64,000 nt of DNA, from contig NC_043011.1 in the NCBI RefSeq assembly GCF_006345805.1, positions 7,068,001-7,132,000 on the forward strand, in the 5' to 3' direction. The notes under the pieces are model-generated. The model had not been told where the DNA came from. It was given only the letters and a program-made list of their open reading frames with translations, and made no database searches. The translations under genes were made by a program, and so were the position numbers. Each line of letters begins with the position of its first letter. Position 1 is the stretch's first letter. Positions 25,754-39,922 of this stretch are shown here, piece after piece. Origin of the DNA: Octopus sinensis (lineage: Eukaryota).

Positions 25754-25951
25754 TTCAGCGTAACACTCTTGTTCATCAAGAGCTTCGGTCTTTTCATATG
25801 ATGCCATCAATTCTAGCTGGGCATTTCTTGTTATTTGGCCCCACGAGTGACACCGTGCCAAAATAGCATTGCATATCTGTTGATCGTGCTCTATCATGGC
25901 CACATTCTCCTTTTCAAGTTCCTCTATCACCTCCACCCATACTTCACCAGT
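25754..25951 (-). CDS. CFAP69: CFAP69 exon, TGEVWVEVIEELEKE...EALDEQECYAE
   Basis: tgccag / gtaagg, phase 0 to 0. GExWxExxEE and EQxxYA motifs. Confidence 0.88.
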
Positions 25952-26291
25952 CTGGCAAGTGGAGAAGGAAAACAAAAAAGAAAAAGATAAAAAAAAGAAA
26001 CAAACAAAATTATTTAATTAAACCCATTCAATTAATTTTTTTCTTTCTGAATTGTTTGCAAGATATTTTGTGATTTATTTTTCACGAAATTGGTTTTAGT
26101 TGGCAGAGGGCCTTCCGAACTGACTCGACAAAATAGCTTTTATTGACATCACGGATAGGAAAGATTGGTCAGAGAGAGAAAGAAAGAAAGAAGTGGAGTT
26201 TTTTCAAACCAATATCATAGTTTTTCAGGAAAATCAATGTTTACAGCAAAAATAGAGCTTCTATAAAAAGGGGAAGGGGGCTTTTTTTTAA

Positions 26292-26511
26292 CCCTTTAAC
26301 ATTCAGATTTCTCTGCCAAAATATAAGTTTTATTATTCACATTGTTCTGAATTAATCCTGTATTACCTCATAGCTTTGAGATTTCATTAATGTGACTGTG
26401 TATTTTTAGAGTGACATTGTAGGGTTGGTGTGAGAGGTTGGATCTAACCAGTTTGAACATAAAGCAGAAACAATATTTTGGCTGGATATAGGCAGATTAA
26501 ATGCTAAGGAG
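26292..26511. mobile_element. piggyBac-like MITE
   Basis: TTAA|CCCTTTAACATT ... AATGCTAAGGAG|TTAC. Related copies at about 44765-44890 and 56595-56775. Confidence 0.5.
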
Positions 26512-27881
26512 TTACACGTATCACTGATAATGAGAAATTAGCAGAATTCTGCTTTACACACCCTTCGCGACTTTTATTTTTTGGAACTTTCAGAAAATTT
26601 CTGCAAATTTGTGTTGTACACATCGGCACTGCCTTCATCATCATCATCATCATCGTTTAACGTCCGCTTTCCATGCTAGCATGGGTTGGACGGTTCAACT
26701 GGGGTCTGGGAAGCCAGAAGGCTGCACCAGGCTCCAGTGTGATCTGGCAGTGTTTCTACAGCTGGATGCCCTTCCTAACGCCAACCACTCCGTGAGTGTA
26801 GTGGGTGCTTTTTACGTGCCACCGGCACAGGTGCCAGACGAGGCTGGTAAACGGCCACAATCGGATGGTACTTTTTATGTGCCACCGACACGGAGACCAG
26901 ACGAAGCTGGCAACAGCCACGGTCGGATGGTGCTTTTTACGTGCCAATGCAGCAATAAACTGCCGATGCTACAATAAACATGGATATGTCACCCAAATAG
27001 TTGCATACCAAGCTATACACACTCTAACAATAACCAATTAAATGTGAAGCCTGAGAAATAGAACTTTGAGCGATTTATCATCATCTCATCCTCATCATTT
27101 TAATGCTTGCTTTTCCAGGTTTGCATGAGTCAGACAGTTTATTGAGGCAGATTTTCTCTAGCCAGATGCCCTTCACCTGTTTCCAGGTAAGGCAATATTT
27201 CCCCACGACCAGACATATTTTCACAGAAGATTGGAAACAAAGGACAGTGCCTGAAAACACACACATAATGAGGAGTGCTGGTGCTATGGAAAAAGCACCC
27301 AGTACACTCTGAACTATGCAAAAAGGAAAAAAAAAAAAAGGAAATTTTCATGTGATTTAAGGGGTATTTAGCTGTTATTTTTAGCACAACTCATGCCCTC
27401 CTTGTTTGTCACTCTGACGTATTGATGCTTTTCAATATTTTTCTCTCCATAAACATGCTTAATGGCCTATTACTGGGATTTTAGCTGCCTGTATTTTAAA
27501 CTGATCTAAAAAAAAAAAAAAAAAAATTCTAAAAATTCTAAAAAAACTTTTTAAAGAATTTCAAGAAATTGAAAAAAAATTTTTTTTTTGCATAGTTGTA
27601 TGAATTCTCATGTGTAGAATTCAAATTCTACAAAAATTTTCTGAAAAGTCCAAAAAATTTTTTAAAGTTATGAAGGGTTATATGCCATGCACAAAGCAGA
27701 ATTCCATTGAGAAAATGTTATTACAAGAGTAAACAGGGCAGAGAACAGGCAGAATCATTAGACCACTGGACAAAATGTCTTGGACTATTTCTTCCAGCTC
27801 TTCACGTTCTGAGTTCAAATCCTGTCAACTTTGCCTTTCATTTTTTTGAGGTTGCTAAAAGTACCAGTCATATCTGTAGAT

Positions 27882-28100
27882 CAGTGGTTTTCAACCAGGG
27901 TTCCGCGGAACCTTAGGGTTCCACCAGTACAGTGCAGGGGTTCCGCAAGAAGTTACAAAACTGCTAAAATCGGCAGTAATTTTTAATTTTCCTGTGCAGA
28001 TATGTGTGCATAAGACAATCAAATTATTGCACAGGGGTTCCCCGAGCCAGTGGAATGTTTCCTTGGGGTTCCGCTCCAGCAAAAAGTTTGAAAGGCACTG
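27882..28100. mobile_element. hAT-type MITE, 219 bp
   Basis: CAGTG..TTTCAA TIRs and a perfect 8-bp TSD ctgtagat. Confidence 0.9.
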
Positions 28101-29131
28101 CTGTAGATGAATGCTGCAGCACACTGTACTGGGGTTAAAAACTTGGCTAAAAATGTATGATTTTAATCATTTAGATTCTTCTTCTTCCGAAGGAGCTGGT
28201 TACTAACAAAGATACAAAGCACCGTCTTTGGAATGTAGAAAATAAAAACAATGCCACATTTGAAACTGTTTTACCTTTCCGCTTACAAATTCCATCTGTA
28301 ATGTGCAAGTCTGTTGGTTGGTTTCTGTTTCTGATAATCCAAGCTTATCCAGATTGAAAGTTTGGCATTTACTCATAAAATCAAGTGCTCCAATTATTAT
28401 TGGTATAAATGTGGATTTCTAATCCTCTATGTATGTGGTTTGTGTCAGGAAAGGCCTCCAGCCATGGCAACCATGCCAAAACAGACAACAGAGCCTGGGA
28501 TGGTCCTTCCTGGCATTGTCAGCTCCTGTCCAACCATCCAACCAATGCCAGCACCGAAAGCAGATGTTAAATGACGATGATGAAAGAAAAAGAAGCAAAG
28601 TTGACTCAGGCAGGATTTGAACCCAGGACACTTACCACCAGGTATTCTATCCAATACTTTAGAGATTCTGCCAATTTGCTATCATGTATAATGAAGCCAT
28701 GTGGCCAAACACACATGAAGTAGTGGTGTTGATGGTATCAGATGCATGGAATGTAAGGTCAAAAGTTTAACTCACAGACTGAGAAATGCACTGTGATCTT
28801 GGGCAAGTCACTTCATTTCATATCACTCCGGTCCCACTCAGCTGAAAATAAGTACCATCCACATCAGGCGGGGAGGGCAGTGACCCTACATCACACTGGT
28901 GTCCCACACACAATCGTGGGGAACCAACCCTACATCAGATTCAATGATGGTGGTTGGGGGGGGAGGGGCCAGTCAGCCTGCATCACTCGTATCCTATTGA
29001 GCATGAAGGGGGGGGGACACAGCATTTTCACTCAAGCATACACTATGGAGCCAAGGATAATCTCTGGATTAACAAGCTAGAGATTATCCCAGAATTTGTA
29101 ACATACCCAAGACCAAAAACATAAGATATCT

Positions 29132-29530
29132 TCTTTATATATATAAAAGTGAAGTTGTGTGTCTGTCTCTTGTGATTTAGATTCCTAACTACTCCCACAT
29201 TTTGCGGTGCAGTGTAACCAAAACCGGGTATCTTATAGTCGTGATTCATATCGAGCCTTCTGGGTATTAGCACGCGTCTACGATGAGTCTACGATTTAAA
29301 AAAAAATTTACCATCATTTTTTTCCATTTTAATGCATTTTTTCGCTATTATATAAGGAAAGTAACTCTCTAAAAATGTCTACGATGAGTCAACGATTTTT
29401 TAAAAAATTTACCATCATTTTTTTTTCCATTTTTAATGCATTTTTTTGCTATTTTTTGGCTATTACTCTCTAAAAATGCTTATATAATTATTTCCCTTAC
29501 AAACCCGAGCAACACCGGGCGATACTGCTA

Positions 29531-29531
<1 letters not shown>
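29132..29531 (+). mobile_element. Non-autonomous Helitron/HINE-like element
   Basis: TC..TATATAAAA start, subterminal hairpin cccg..cggg, CTAG|T end. Confidence 0.75.
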
Positions 29532-29588
<57 letters not shown>

Positions 29589-30247
29589 CTACCTAACTGG
29601 CTCCCGTGCCAGTGGCACATAAAAAGCACCATCCGAATGTGATCGATGCTAGGCCTGCCTGACTGGCCCCTGTGCTGGGAGCACATAAAAAGCACCCACT
29701 GCACTCTCAAAGTGGTTGGTGTTAGGAAGGGCATCCAGCTGTAGAAACTCTGCCAGATCAGATTGGAGCTGGTGCAGCCATCTGGCTTTCCAGACCTCAG
29801 TCAAACCGTCTGACCCATGCCAGCATGGAAAGCAGACGTTAAATGATGATGATGATGATGATGATATCATGTGATCAACCAGACTATCAGATTTTGTTAT
29901 ACAACTCTGGACACAATGCGCTTTGCATCATTTCAGCTTTTTCAAATGATGCCAGCCTGCTGGTTAGGCAAGCAGGCCAACATTCCCCCCGGATCAAAGA
30001 GATAGTTCATCACAGGGTTAGCTATTTACAGCTGAGTGGACTGAGGCAACATGAAATGAAGTGTTTTGCTCAAGGGCCCAGTCTGGGAATGAAACCCACA
30101 TTCTTGCAATCATTAGTTGTTCAACACCCCTAACTACCAGCCACACACGCACACACGTGTGTGTGTGTGTGTGTGCAGTAATATAGGTAAACTTGGTGAC
30201 AGGACTAAGTCAAAGAAGATGTATAACAATGAAAAAGGTTGACAAAC

Positions 30248-30324
30248 CTTAAAATCCATGTAATTTTCAATGAGAATCAGAGTGACATGATCAAGAATCG
30301 TGAGTCCAGGCAAGTTACTAAAAC
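30248..30324 (-). CDS. CFAP69: CFAP69 exon, (G)FSNLPGLTILDHVTLILIENYMDFK
   Basis: ttgtag / gtttgt, phase 1 to 0. FxNLPGL...DxVTL...YxDFK motif. Confidence 0.9.
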
Positions 30325-31437
30325 CTACAAAGAAATATTAGAACAATTATGGGTCTTTTGAGGGGTTTTTTGGAATTTCATGGTTCAGTGAATGACCTAG
30401 AATTGTGACACCAATATTGAAAGGCAAACAACAATTTAGATATTATGTTTATAAAGTTAGGCACAAGTGTGAGTAGGGGGTTAGGAGGTCTGCTTCATAA
30501 TTGGGTGGTCTGGGGTTTGTTAATCACATGGCACCTCGGGCATGCGTTTTCTACCACACGCCCAAACTGACCTGAGACTTTGAGTGGAATTGGTAGGCAG
30601 AAACTATAAGAATCTTAAGAATCAGAAACTGTAAGGCGGGGGGGGGGGAGCTGGCAGAAACGTTAGCACGCCAGGCGAAATGCAGTATTTCGTATGCCAT
30701 TACGTTCTGAGTTCAAATTCTGCCGAGGTCGACTTTGCCTTTCGTCCTTTCGGGGTCGATAAATTAAGTACCAGTTACGCACTGGAGTTGATGTAATCAA
30801 CTTAAATCCCTTTGTCTGTCCTTGTTTGTCCCCTCTGTGTTTAGCCCCTTGTGGGTAGTAAAGAAATAAAAAATAAGAAACTGTAAGAATCTTGTTGTGC
30901 ATGCATGTGTGTGTAATTAGAAAAGGGGGGCACAGTGTAGTGAGACAGGCAACCAAGAGTGGACTCAGTTATGGGTTCCATACTCCACTCCAGCATACAG
31001 TGTAGCATGACATGGGGCATAAACTCAGGTCAGGTTGAAGTGTGGAACCCTAACCAAAAAATAAGAAAAAATATCAATAAAAAACAGGTGTGGTTTTCTA
31101 GAACATACACATGTTTCATCAAAATACCACATTAATTATATAACAATGGTGCAAACATGCATTTCCCCTCTGTTTTGCTTCCATTTGTTCAGACACCAGC
31201 TTATCCTTGGCAAGACTAAAGAAGAGGCTGGAAGTAAGAAAGTGCCAAGCAAGTAAAAGTACAGAACCAGAGTGATTGGAGCTTAAGGGCAATACATGAA
31301 GAAGAAAAAAATGAAAAACATGTAATAAATCGAAGATTATAATTTATTTTTAAGTTTTACCTAAGACCAGATTAAAACAAAAAATAACAAGGAAAGTTCG
31401 TTTGAAAGAAAATTCCATTCAAGGAATTTCTACTTAC

Positions 31438-31575
31438 CCAGTTTGGTAAAAAGACAATAAATTTTGGCCCTCATGTTTTCGGTTACATCCACAATAGCAG
31501 GACTGGCACAAAAGGCAGGTTGGAGCACAATGCCTTGCTCTCTTTGGGTCAGACCAGCTAAAGGATTTTTCACAG
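31438..31575 (-). CDS. CFAP69: CFAP69 exon, (A)VKNPLAG...SPAIVDVTENMRAKIYCLFTKL(G)
   Basis: ttttag / gtaagt, phase 1 to 1. DVxENxRAKIY motif. Confidence 0.9.
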
Positions 31576-31628
31576 CTAAAAGGAACAGAAATTATAATAA
31601 ATATCTTTCCATAGATATGAGGTGCATA

Positions 31629-32030
31629 GGTGCAGGAGTGGCTGTGTGGTAAGTAGCTTGCTTACCAACCACATGGTTCCGGGTTCAGTCCCACTGCGTG
31701 GCATCTTGGGCAAGTGTCTTCTGCTATAGCCCCGGGCCGACCAATGCCTTGTGAGTGGATTTGGTAGACGGAAACTGAAAGAAGCCTGTCGTATATATGT
31801 ATATATATGTGTGTGTTTGTGTGTCTGTGTTTGTCCCTCTAGCATTGCTTGACAACCGATGCTGGTGTGTTTACGTCCCGGTCACTTAGCGGTTCGGCAA
31901 AAGAGACCGATAGAATAAGTACTAGGCTTACAAAGAATAAGTTCCAGGGTCGATTTGCTTGACTAAAGGCGGTGCTCCAGCATGGCCGCAGTCAAAATGA
32001 CTGAAACAAGTAAAAGAGAGTAAAGAGAGT
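31629..32030 (+). mobile_element. SINE family 1, full length
   Basis: Colinear with 5609-6010. Confidence 0.85.
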
Positions 32031-34293
32031 TCCCTTCTCAACAACATGGGATTGGGTTTCAGTCCCAGTGGGTGGCCCCTTGGACAAGGGTAGTTCAGGG
32101 TCAACCAAAACCTTGTGAGTGGATTTGATAGATGGAAACTGAAAAGAAGCTCATCATCCATCCCCATATATGCGGGGCCATCTTAGCAATGATATGGGGC
32201 CCCCAGGTAAATCAGTGCTCTGGGCACTTTACTGTTTATTTGCTGACAGCAAGCCACAACAAACATAGATCAGAATTGAGCCCCCAGGACCATGAGGTCA
32301 AGCATATCAAAACACTGGGCCCTTTAGCATGTACCGACAGCAAGCCATGACATAGATTAGAAATGTCCCCATAGACTTATATGTCCTCCAGGCCAATCAG
32401 TTCGCTGGGTCCTTTGTTATTTATTTATTGAAACCAAGCCATGGGACCCTTAACCCATGTGGCTGCAGAGCAACTACCCAGTGTCTCTGCCTTAAGATGG
32501 CACTGCATGTGTGTGTGTGTCTTTTTAAATTTTAGTTTTATGAAAATCCCCTCCTACAAGCTGTGTTGTTAATTTTGTCACCAAATCATCTGATCACTTC
32601 ATGCCATCAAAGACACGTGACATAAAAGAGTTCTGGTTTCAAAAACAGGTAAGAGATACTAACAGTAAGGGCATACAGCTATAAAACAATGCCTCACTAA
32701 AATGTATTCATCTAACCCATGCTAGCATAGAAAAACAAAGGTAAAAACAAATGGACAAAACCTGGTTCATCCAGTTGATACTCATCAGTTTGTGAACTGC
32801 TGCACTGGTTTAGACCATGGACTTGAGATTTATTGTTTATTCAACATAGAGAGAAGCAAGCACACACACATGGTCAGGGTCCCTGCCTTTGAAATATGCT
32901 TGGTCAGATTCAAAACTTCATGCAATGAAGACCCTAAAAGCCTACATCCCCTAGATAGCTCCCGGGATCCAAGTAACTCCTTCCTTTTCAGCTCAAGACA
33001 TACCCAAAAATGTTAACTCATTAACTGCAAAATTAAATTTCCTGATTATTCTAGAAATGAGGTGGAATATTTGTATGCGTGGGTGTGTCTTCATGTCTGT
33101 GTCTGTCCCCATCATACTTGACAACCGGTGTTGGTTTGGTGATGTTTCTGTAACTTAGCAGTTCGGCAAAAGACACAAACGGAATAAGTATCAGGCTGAA
33201 CAAAAAATAAGTTGTGGAGTCAATTCATTCGATTAGAATTCCTCAAGGCAGTGCTCCAGTATGGCCGTAGTCTGATGACTGAAATAATTAAAAGATAAAC
33301 CAAGAATTAGGATTGGTATTTTCTGAAAGTCCTGCTGCCACAATAAACCTGACAGGGCCCTCAACCAGTCAGGGCAGTGGGCTTTCCAGTTGATCCAATC
33401 AACAGAACAGCCTGCTCGTGAAATTAACATACAAGTGGCTGAGTACTCCACAGACACTCATACCCTTCACGTAGTCCTCAGGGAGATTCTGTGCGACACA
33501 GAATGTGACAAGGCCGGCCCCTCTTGAATTGCAGGTACAGCAGACACTTTTGCCAGCTGGAGCAACGTGAAATGAAGTGTCTTGCTCAAGGATGTACCAG
33601 ATATCAAACTCACAACACTACAATTGTGAGCCAAATACCCCGAACCACTAGGCCATGCACATTCTTTTATTTGGTTCAGTCACTTGACTGTGGCCATGCA
33701 GGAGCACCACCTTCAGTTGAATAAATCGACCTCAGGACTTATTCTTTGTAAGCCTAGTATTAGTCTATCAGTCTCTTTTGCTGAACTTCTAAGTTACGGG
33801 GGACATAAACACACCAACATCAGTTGTCAAGCAATGGTAGGGGGACAAACACAGACACACAAACATATAAAATATATATATACACACACATATGACGGGC
33901 TTCTTTCAGTTTTCGTTGACTAAATCCACTCACAAGGCTATAGTAGAAGACACTTGGCCAAGGTGTCATGCAGTGGAACTGAACCCAGAACCATGTGATT
34001 GGTAAGCAAGCTACTTACCACACAGCCACTCCTATGTCTATATCAATTCAATAAAAAATAATTTCAAACAGGACATTCCTTGTGACAGATAGGTTGAGAT
34101 ATGAAATTGCTTTCTGCAGTCAAAGATATGAAATTTTGAGAGGTCCTGTCTGATTTCCACAGTAAAAAGTGTTAAGTTAACACAAACAAGATACAAATGA
34201 CAGATTAACACCCATCTCCTATTCAACATGGTTCACTGCTCCTCTGAGTATCGACTATAAGAGTTAAAAAAGGGTAAGAATTCTGCGATTTAC

Positions 34294-34492
34294 CTGAAAT
34301 TAATCCCATTGAATCTTTTATCACCTCCATTTCTTTTTCTTCTTCCTGCCAGATTCTACAGAAGAGGTGAGGAGCGGTGATGCTGTGTCTAGAACCTCTC
34401 CAAATAAGGATGTGTCGTATTGTCTTCTGGTTTGTGTGGCATAGGTCGACCAGAAAGCTTAGGATGGTGCTTCGCATGTTGTGAGGCAAGAT
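34294..34492 (-). CDS. CFAP69: CFAP69 exon, ILPHNMRSTILSFLVDLCHTNQKT...IWQEEEKEMEVIKDSMGLIS
   Basis: ttgaag / gtaaat, phase 0 to 1. WxxEEKExxVxxD motif. Confidence 0.88.
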
Positions 34493-34554
34493 CTTCAAAG
34501 GAAGAATTTAGCATCATTTTATACGTAGGTAAGTAGGTCAGCCAGATATAGATG

Positions 34555-34556
34555 GA

Positions 34557-34608
<52 letters not shown>

Positions 34609-34708
34609 CAGAGAGAAGGGGGAGAAGTATGGAGGGATGGATGGAAACAGACAGACAGACAGATAGACAGACAGACAGACATATAGATAAACAGATAGAT
34701 AGATAAAC

Positions 34709-34791
<83 letters not shown>

Positions 34792-34925
34792 TATAGATAG
34801 ATAGATAGACAGATAGATAAACAAGTAGATGGATAAAGACACACAGATCAATAATTAGACATAGATAAGTAGGTAGATATAGACAGACTGAAAGATAGAC
34901 ACCTAGGTAGAGATAGATAGATACA
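34555..34925. repeat. Compound (GA)n/(GACA)n/(GATA)n microsatellite
   Basis: Direct reading. Begins about 60 bp upstream of a CFAP69 acceptor. Confidence 0.9.
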
Positions 34926-35159
34926 AATATAGTCACAAAACCCTGCCAAAACTGACACAGTAGCCTCGGCTATTGTTCTACTTGTCTGGCTCCTGTCAAA
35001 CAGTCCAATCCATATTGACAATGATACAGACCGACAGGCATACGTACAGACAGACAGACACACGTTCAGACGTAGGGACAGATACAGATAGATCGATGGA
35101 GATTGAGAGACAGGCAGAGAGAGATAACTGGATATTTTTTATTCAAAAGAGAAGGCTTC

Positions 35160-35475
35160 TGTGCCGGTGGCACATAAAAAGCACCATCCGAACGTGGCAG
35201 ATGCCAGTGCCGCCTTGGCTGGCTTCCATGCCGGTGGCACGTTAAAAGCACCAACCGATCGTGGCCGATGCCGGACTCCCCTGGCACCTGTGCAGGTGGC
35301 ACGTAAAAAGCACCCACTACACTCGCGGAGTGGTTGGCGTTAGGAAGGGCATCCAGCTGTAGAAACACTGCCAGATCAGACTGGAGCCTGGTGCAGCCCC
35401 TGGCTTACCAGACCCCGGTTGAACCGTCCAACCCATGCTAGCGCAGAAAACGGACGTTAAACGATGATGATGATG
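35160..35475 (+). mobile_element. SINE/LINE-tail family 3 with variable ~50-bp 5' tandem units and (GAT)n tail
   Basis: ggcgttaggaagggcatccagctgtagaaac core. About 14 copies, e.g. 6470-6670, 8985-9330, 16035-16365, 19205-19540, 26635-26950, 29600-29865, 38690-38880, 43490-43750, 54195-54450. Confidence 0.75.
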
Positions 35476-35769
35476 AAGGCAGTGCCCATGACACTTTACA
35501 AAGTCTTCAAGGCTGGAAAGATGAAAGAAAGAAAGAAAGAAAGTGGGGAAGTTGTCTTTGAATATTAGAAAGAAAAGAATTCCTATAAAAGAATGGATTC
35601 TGTTAAAGACAACCAAAGGTACCAAGAGGTGATATCAAACCAGGTGACAGATTAAGCCCACCACTAATCTAAGCCATAGCAAGATTTGAACTTAAAACAC
35701 TAAGTGTTGGAACAAAAACCACAAGGCATCTGGTTTGATATTCTTACATTTCCATTAATTCACTGCCCT

Positions 35770-36160
35770 AAGGCGGCAAGCTGGCAGAATCATTAGCACG
35801 CCGGGCGAAATACATAGCCGTATTTCGTCTGCCGTTACGTTCTGAGTTCAAATTCCGCCGAGGTCGACTTTGCCTTTCATCCTTTCGGGGTCGATAAATC
35901 AAGTACCAGTTACGCACTGAGGTCAATGTAATCGACTTAATCCATTTGTCTGTCCTTGTTTGTCCTCTCTGTTTTTAGCCCCCTGTAGGTAGTAAAGAAA
36001 TAGGTATTTCGTCTGCCACTACATTCTGAGTTCAAATTCTGCCAAGGTTGACTTTGCCTTTCATCCTTTTGGGGTCGATTAAATAAGTACCAGTTACGCA
36101 CTGGGGTCGATATAATCAACTTAATGCCTTCCCCCAAAATCTGAGGCCTTGTGCTTCCAG
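35770..36160 (+). mobile_element. tRNA-derived SINE family 2 with Nin-like central domain (full copy plus partial tandem copy)
   Basis: gtcgactttgcctttcatcctttcggggtcgataaat..agtaccag core. Other copies at 13303-13527(-), 15270-15492(-), 30635-30870(+), 37760-37970(+), 40237-40464(-), 58940-59105(-), 62648-62864(-). Confidence 0.75.
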
Positions 36161-36512
36161 TAGAAAGAACTAATTCACTGTTCTGGGTTGGTACTTTTTT
36201 TCCAACCACAAAGGATGGAAAGTAAAGCTGATTTCAACAAGATTTGAACTTAGGACAAACATATGAACAAACACACACATATATGAGGGGCTTCCCCATA
36301 GTTTCCATCTACCAAATCCACTCTCAAGGCTTTGGTTGGTATCGGACTAGAAGGATGCTATACAGTAGGACTTGAACCCAAAAGCAAGCTTTTTAACCAC
36401 ACAGCCATGTCTGTGTATATAAGTCTGTGTGTGTGTGTGCGTGTGTGAATGTGTGTGTGCATGCACCTGTGCATGTATGTTTAGCTTTGCATTACTATCA
36501 AACTTGACTTAC

Positions 36513-36594
36513 CTCCAAAAGGTCCAAAAGTAGGAAACAGCCTTCATTCTCTAGGAAATGGTTCTCCAAGAGACTGGAACCAACAACTGCACAC
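36513..36594 (-). CDS. CFAP69: CFAP69 exon, (W)CAVVGSSLLENHFLENEGCFLLLDLLE
   Basis: tttcag / gtaagt, phase 2 to 0. FLExEGxFLLLDLL motif. Confidence 0.9.
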
Positions 36595-36604
36595 CTGAAA
36601 TTCA

Positions 36605-36635
<31 letters not shown>

Positions 36636-37021
36636 AGCATATATACATACACATATGTACATACCTCTACATATTTATGTGTATATATACATGCATATAT
36701 GGGTACAGGGCATCAAAAAAACCTGAACGAAATGTAAAATGAGAACATAAAAAAACAAAAATATGGAAAACAAACTTTTTCTCGAACAACGAAAGAAACA
36801 AAATCGAGAAATGAGACAGGCAACATAAGGAACAATCCCTTCATCAGTTGTCCCCTGTGTTATCTACTCCATGTTTCGAACGTTGGGATAAGACGCAACT
36901 TCGTTAAAACAGTCATTCTCGCAAAGTAAATTAAATAAAATTTGAGATTTGCGGAGGGTTGAAGTGGTAACAAAAACAGAACAGCAGGAACAAAACAGTA
37001 AAAACAAATGGTAAGGGCTAT

Positions 37022-37078
<57 letters not shown>

Positions 37079-37322
37079 ATATTAGAAAAAAACCCACCTT
37101 TCAATAATGAAAATTTAAATTATACTATTTAGAAAAATTACATATTATAGAAAGATTAAATATAAGTTAAAACATATAACAATGATTAAGTAATATATAT
37201 ATATATACACGTACACACGTTTATACAGATACACATACATATGAACACATCCTATTCAGTTTAAATAGAAAACAGAGGGAGAGGTTTCAATTCACAGCAC
37301 TACAAACTTCACCCTGTTAATA

Positions 37323-37977
37323 TAACGGGTTGACCAAAATGTTCATTTGCTTCATTAACTTGAAAATAAGTCACAGGATTTAAACATAAAGCAATTTATT
37401 CAGTCAATGATATAATTGCCATTTAATTTCACAATCTTTTGCCATCTTTGGAAAGACCCACTATTCCCTGCTCAAATAAATTTCTTCTCTTTACAAATGA
37501 AGAACTCTCCCAAATGAATTTTCACAACCTCTTCACAGCTGAAAGTCTTTCCATTTGAAGAATTTTGAAGAGACCACAATAAGCAGAAATCTGAAGACAC
37601 GAGCTTGGGCGAATAGAGAGGCTGCAACAAAACTTCCCAGTTAAGCCCCAAAGGATGTGTGTGATCTACCATTGTTGTGATGAAAGACAATGCCCCAATA
37701 GTTAGCAAGTGCTGGACACTTCTGCCTTGGAGCAGGGAAACAAATTGAAGGTGACAACAGTAGAACCGTTAGCACGCCGGGCGAAATGCGTAGCCATATT
37801 TCGTCTGTCGTTACGAGTTCAAATTCTGCCGAGGTCAACTTTGCCTTTCATCCTTTCGGGGTCGATAAATTAAGTAGCAGTTACGCACTGGGGTCGATGT
37901 AATCGACTTAATCCTTTTGTCTGTCCTTGTTTGTCCCCTCTGTGTTTAGCCCCTTGTGGGTAGTAAAGAAAAAAAAA

Positions 37978-38008
<31 letters not shown>

Positions 38009-38150
38009 TCCTGCTAATCCAACCAAAATGGAAGCATAACCTTCTTTGGAGGTTGTTTGTGGTACTTGGCCATGCTTCCTCCATGATTGTTTAAATTTCA
38101 TGTTATAGACGATCCACTTTTCATCCCATCACCATTCTCTTAAAAAAAGG
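37323..38150 (-). mobile_element. Mariner fragments split by a SINE
   Basis: LNWEVLLQPLYSP...SLQNSSNGKTF at 37472-37708 and a DEKWIVYN-like segment at about 38060-38150. Confidence 0.65.
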
Positions 38151-39803
38151 ATTGTTTTCTTCATACATCAGCCACACACACACACACACACACATATACA
38201 TGCGTGTATATGTATGCGAAACCTCTGACCCAGAAATTCTGAATCTAAAACTGGAAACTCAATCAATGGTAGACATCAACAACCAAAAATTAATCAAAAT
38301 AAAACTGATTAAGATTGCTCAGACAAGTGGAATAAATCTTTGAGATGTCTAAGGAAATGGTAAAAATATATCATTCAGTACAAAGCCATTTCATTTCTGT
38401 TTCCAAAATCCACCCCTCTACATCATGACAATTCAGCCTCACCCTTCCAATCACTTCTGTATGTCAAACCCTTTCTTGCTGTTGGTCAAAGACAGACAAC
38501 CCCCCCTCACCACCACCACCACCATTTTTTGGTCAACAAACATTAGTTCTTCACTATCTTTCAATTTCCTTCTACTTCTTGCTTCCATTTTCTTTAGAAC
38601 TACTTCAGTTTGTTTGTTTTGATGTTCATCTTTCCATCCATTGGACAAGAATATATTTTGAAGCAGGGTTTTAAGGCCAGATCCAGCCATCTGTACTGGT
38701 GCCGCGTAAAAAGCCCTTGGCCCACTTTGTAAAGTGGTTGGCATTAGGAAGGGCATCCAGCCATAGAAACCATGCCAAAACAGACAACTGGGGCCTGGTG
38801 CCACTCTCCAGCTTGTCAGCTCCTGTCAAACCATCCAACCCATGCCAGCATGAAAAACCGACGGTAAATGATGATGATTCGTCAGGTCTTTGAGAAGTAC
38901 AGAGAAACTGGTCACAGCACCAACAACATCATCATCATCATTACCATTTTAATATTCAATTCTCCATACTTGCATGGCTCAGATGGAATTTGTTGTAGCA
39001 GATAACAAATGGCCAGGAGTCCCATCAAGGCACCAACCCACACCTGTTTCTAATTAAGTTCATTCCCCCCCCCCATGGTTGCAAATGTTTTCGAGTTTGG
39101 GAATGAAAGACATTGCTTCTGTGACGATTGGTGATGCTCATTTACAACAATCATACAATGCCAAGACAAGGAGACACCAACCCACACGTACACACACACA
39201 CAAACATGTGTATACACAGTGGGCTTCTTTCAGTTTCCATCTACCAAATCCACTCAGAAGACTTTGGTTGGCCCAGAGATATTATAGAAAATACTTGCCC
39301 AAGATACCACAAGCCAGGGACTGAACCTGGAAAAAAGTGGTTAGGAAGCGTCCATGTGCATTTAATATATAAGTACTAAAAATTTAATGAGAAATAAATG
39401 TGGAAAGGAGAAAAGAGACAATATTAGTTGATGTATCCATTTTTCAGATAACTCCTGTCATGTTTTGGTTTTATTCTGACCTCATCATTGAAAATTAATT
39501 TATCTATTTCATTAACTTCTTTGATTGCTTTATTGTCCAAATTTGGACTGGTTGGGTGGTGTCTTAATTCTGCAAAGTTCCAATTCTTCAAATTTGGTTA
39601 TTAATACTTTTGATATCAACCAGCCTGAGATCAATCCTAGTTCTTGTTCCAAAGTGATCTAAGTTAACCAGGATTTGAAACCAAACTGCAAAGAATCAGA
39701 ACAAATATGGTGAGACGTTGTTTCTCATGCTCCACGAACTTGCTACCATCATGTAATGAAGTAAAAATTTGAAAATGCAATCAAATAAGAAAATGATTCT
39801 TAC

Positions 39804-39922
39804 CAAACGCAGTCAATGGTGGCCAATATCAAAATATGGTAACCGAGGCCTGAGCTCAGCACTGACAGATCGCATCTTAAGAAACACATTAAGATGTCCA
39901 AACCATTGGTGCCAAGTAATTC
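39804..39922 (-). CDS. CFAP69: CFAP69 exon, ELLGTNGLDILMCFLRCDLSVLSSGLGYHILILATIDCV(W)
   Basis: cttcag / gtaaga, phase 0 to 2. SGLGY motif. Not called in the ORF track. Confidence 0.9.

Noticed and set aside
26800-26945. CRISPR-like spaced repeats (units of about 50 bp)
   Set aside because: Diverged internal tandem units of SINE family 3 in a eukaryotic intron, with no unique spacers or cas genes.
28165-28450. Unique-looking stretch with open frames on both strands
   Set aside because: No recognisable domain, no consistent splice pair, and not needed for the CFAP69 model.
36820-36885. Hammerhead (CUGAUGA-AGGGA..UCCUU on the minus strand; similar at about 7425-7450)
   Set aside because: No GAAA after stem II, and the upstream GAAAC does not give a convincing type II fold.
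38451-38804. 117-aa minus-strand ORF
   Set aside because: Starts in a SINE copy and continues into low-complexity sequence. No homology recognised.
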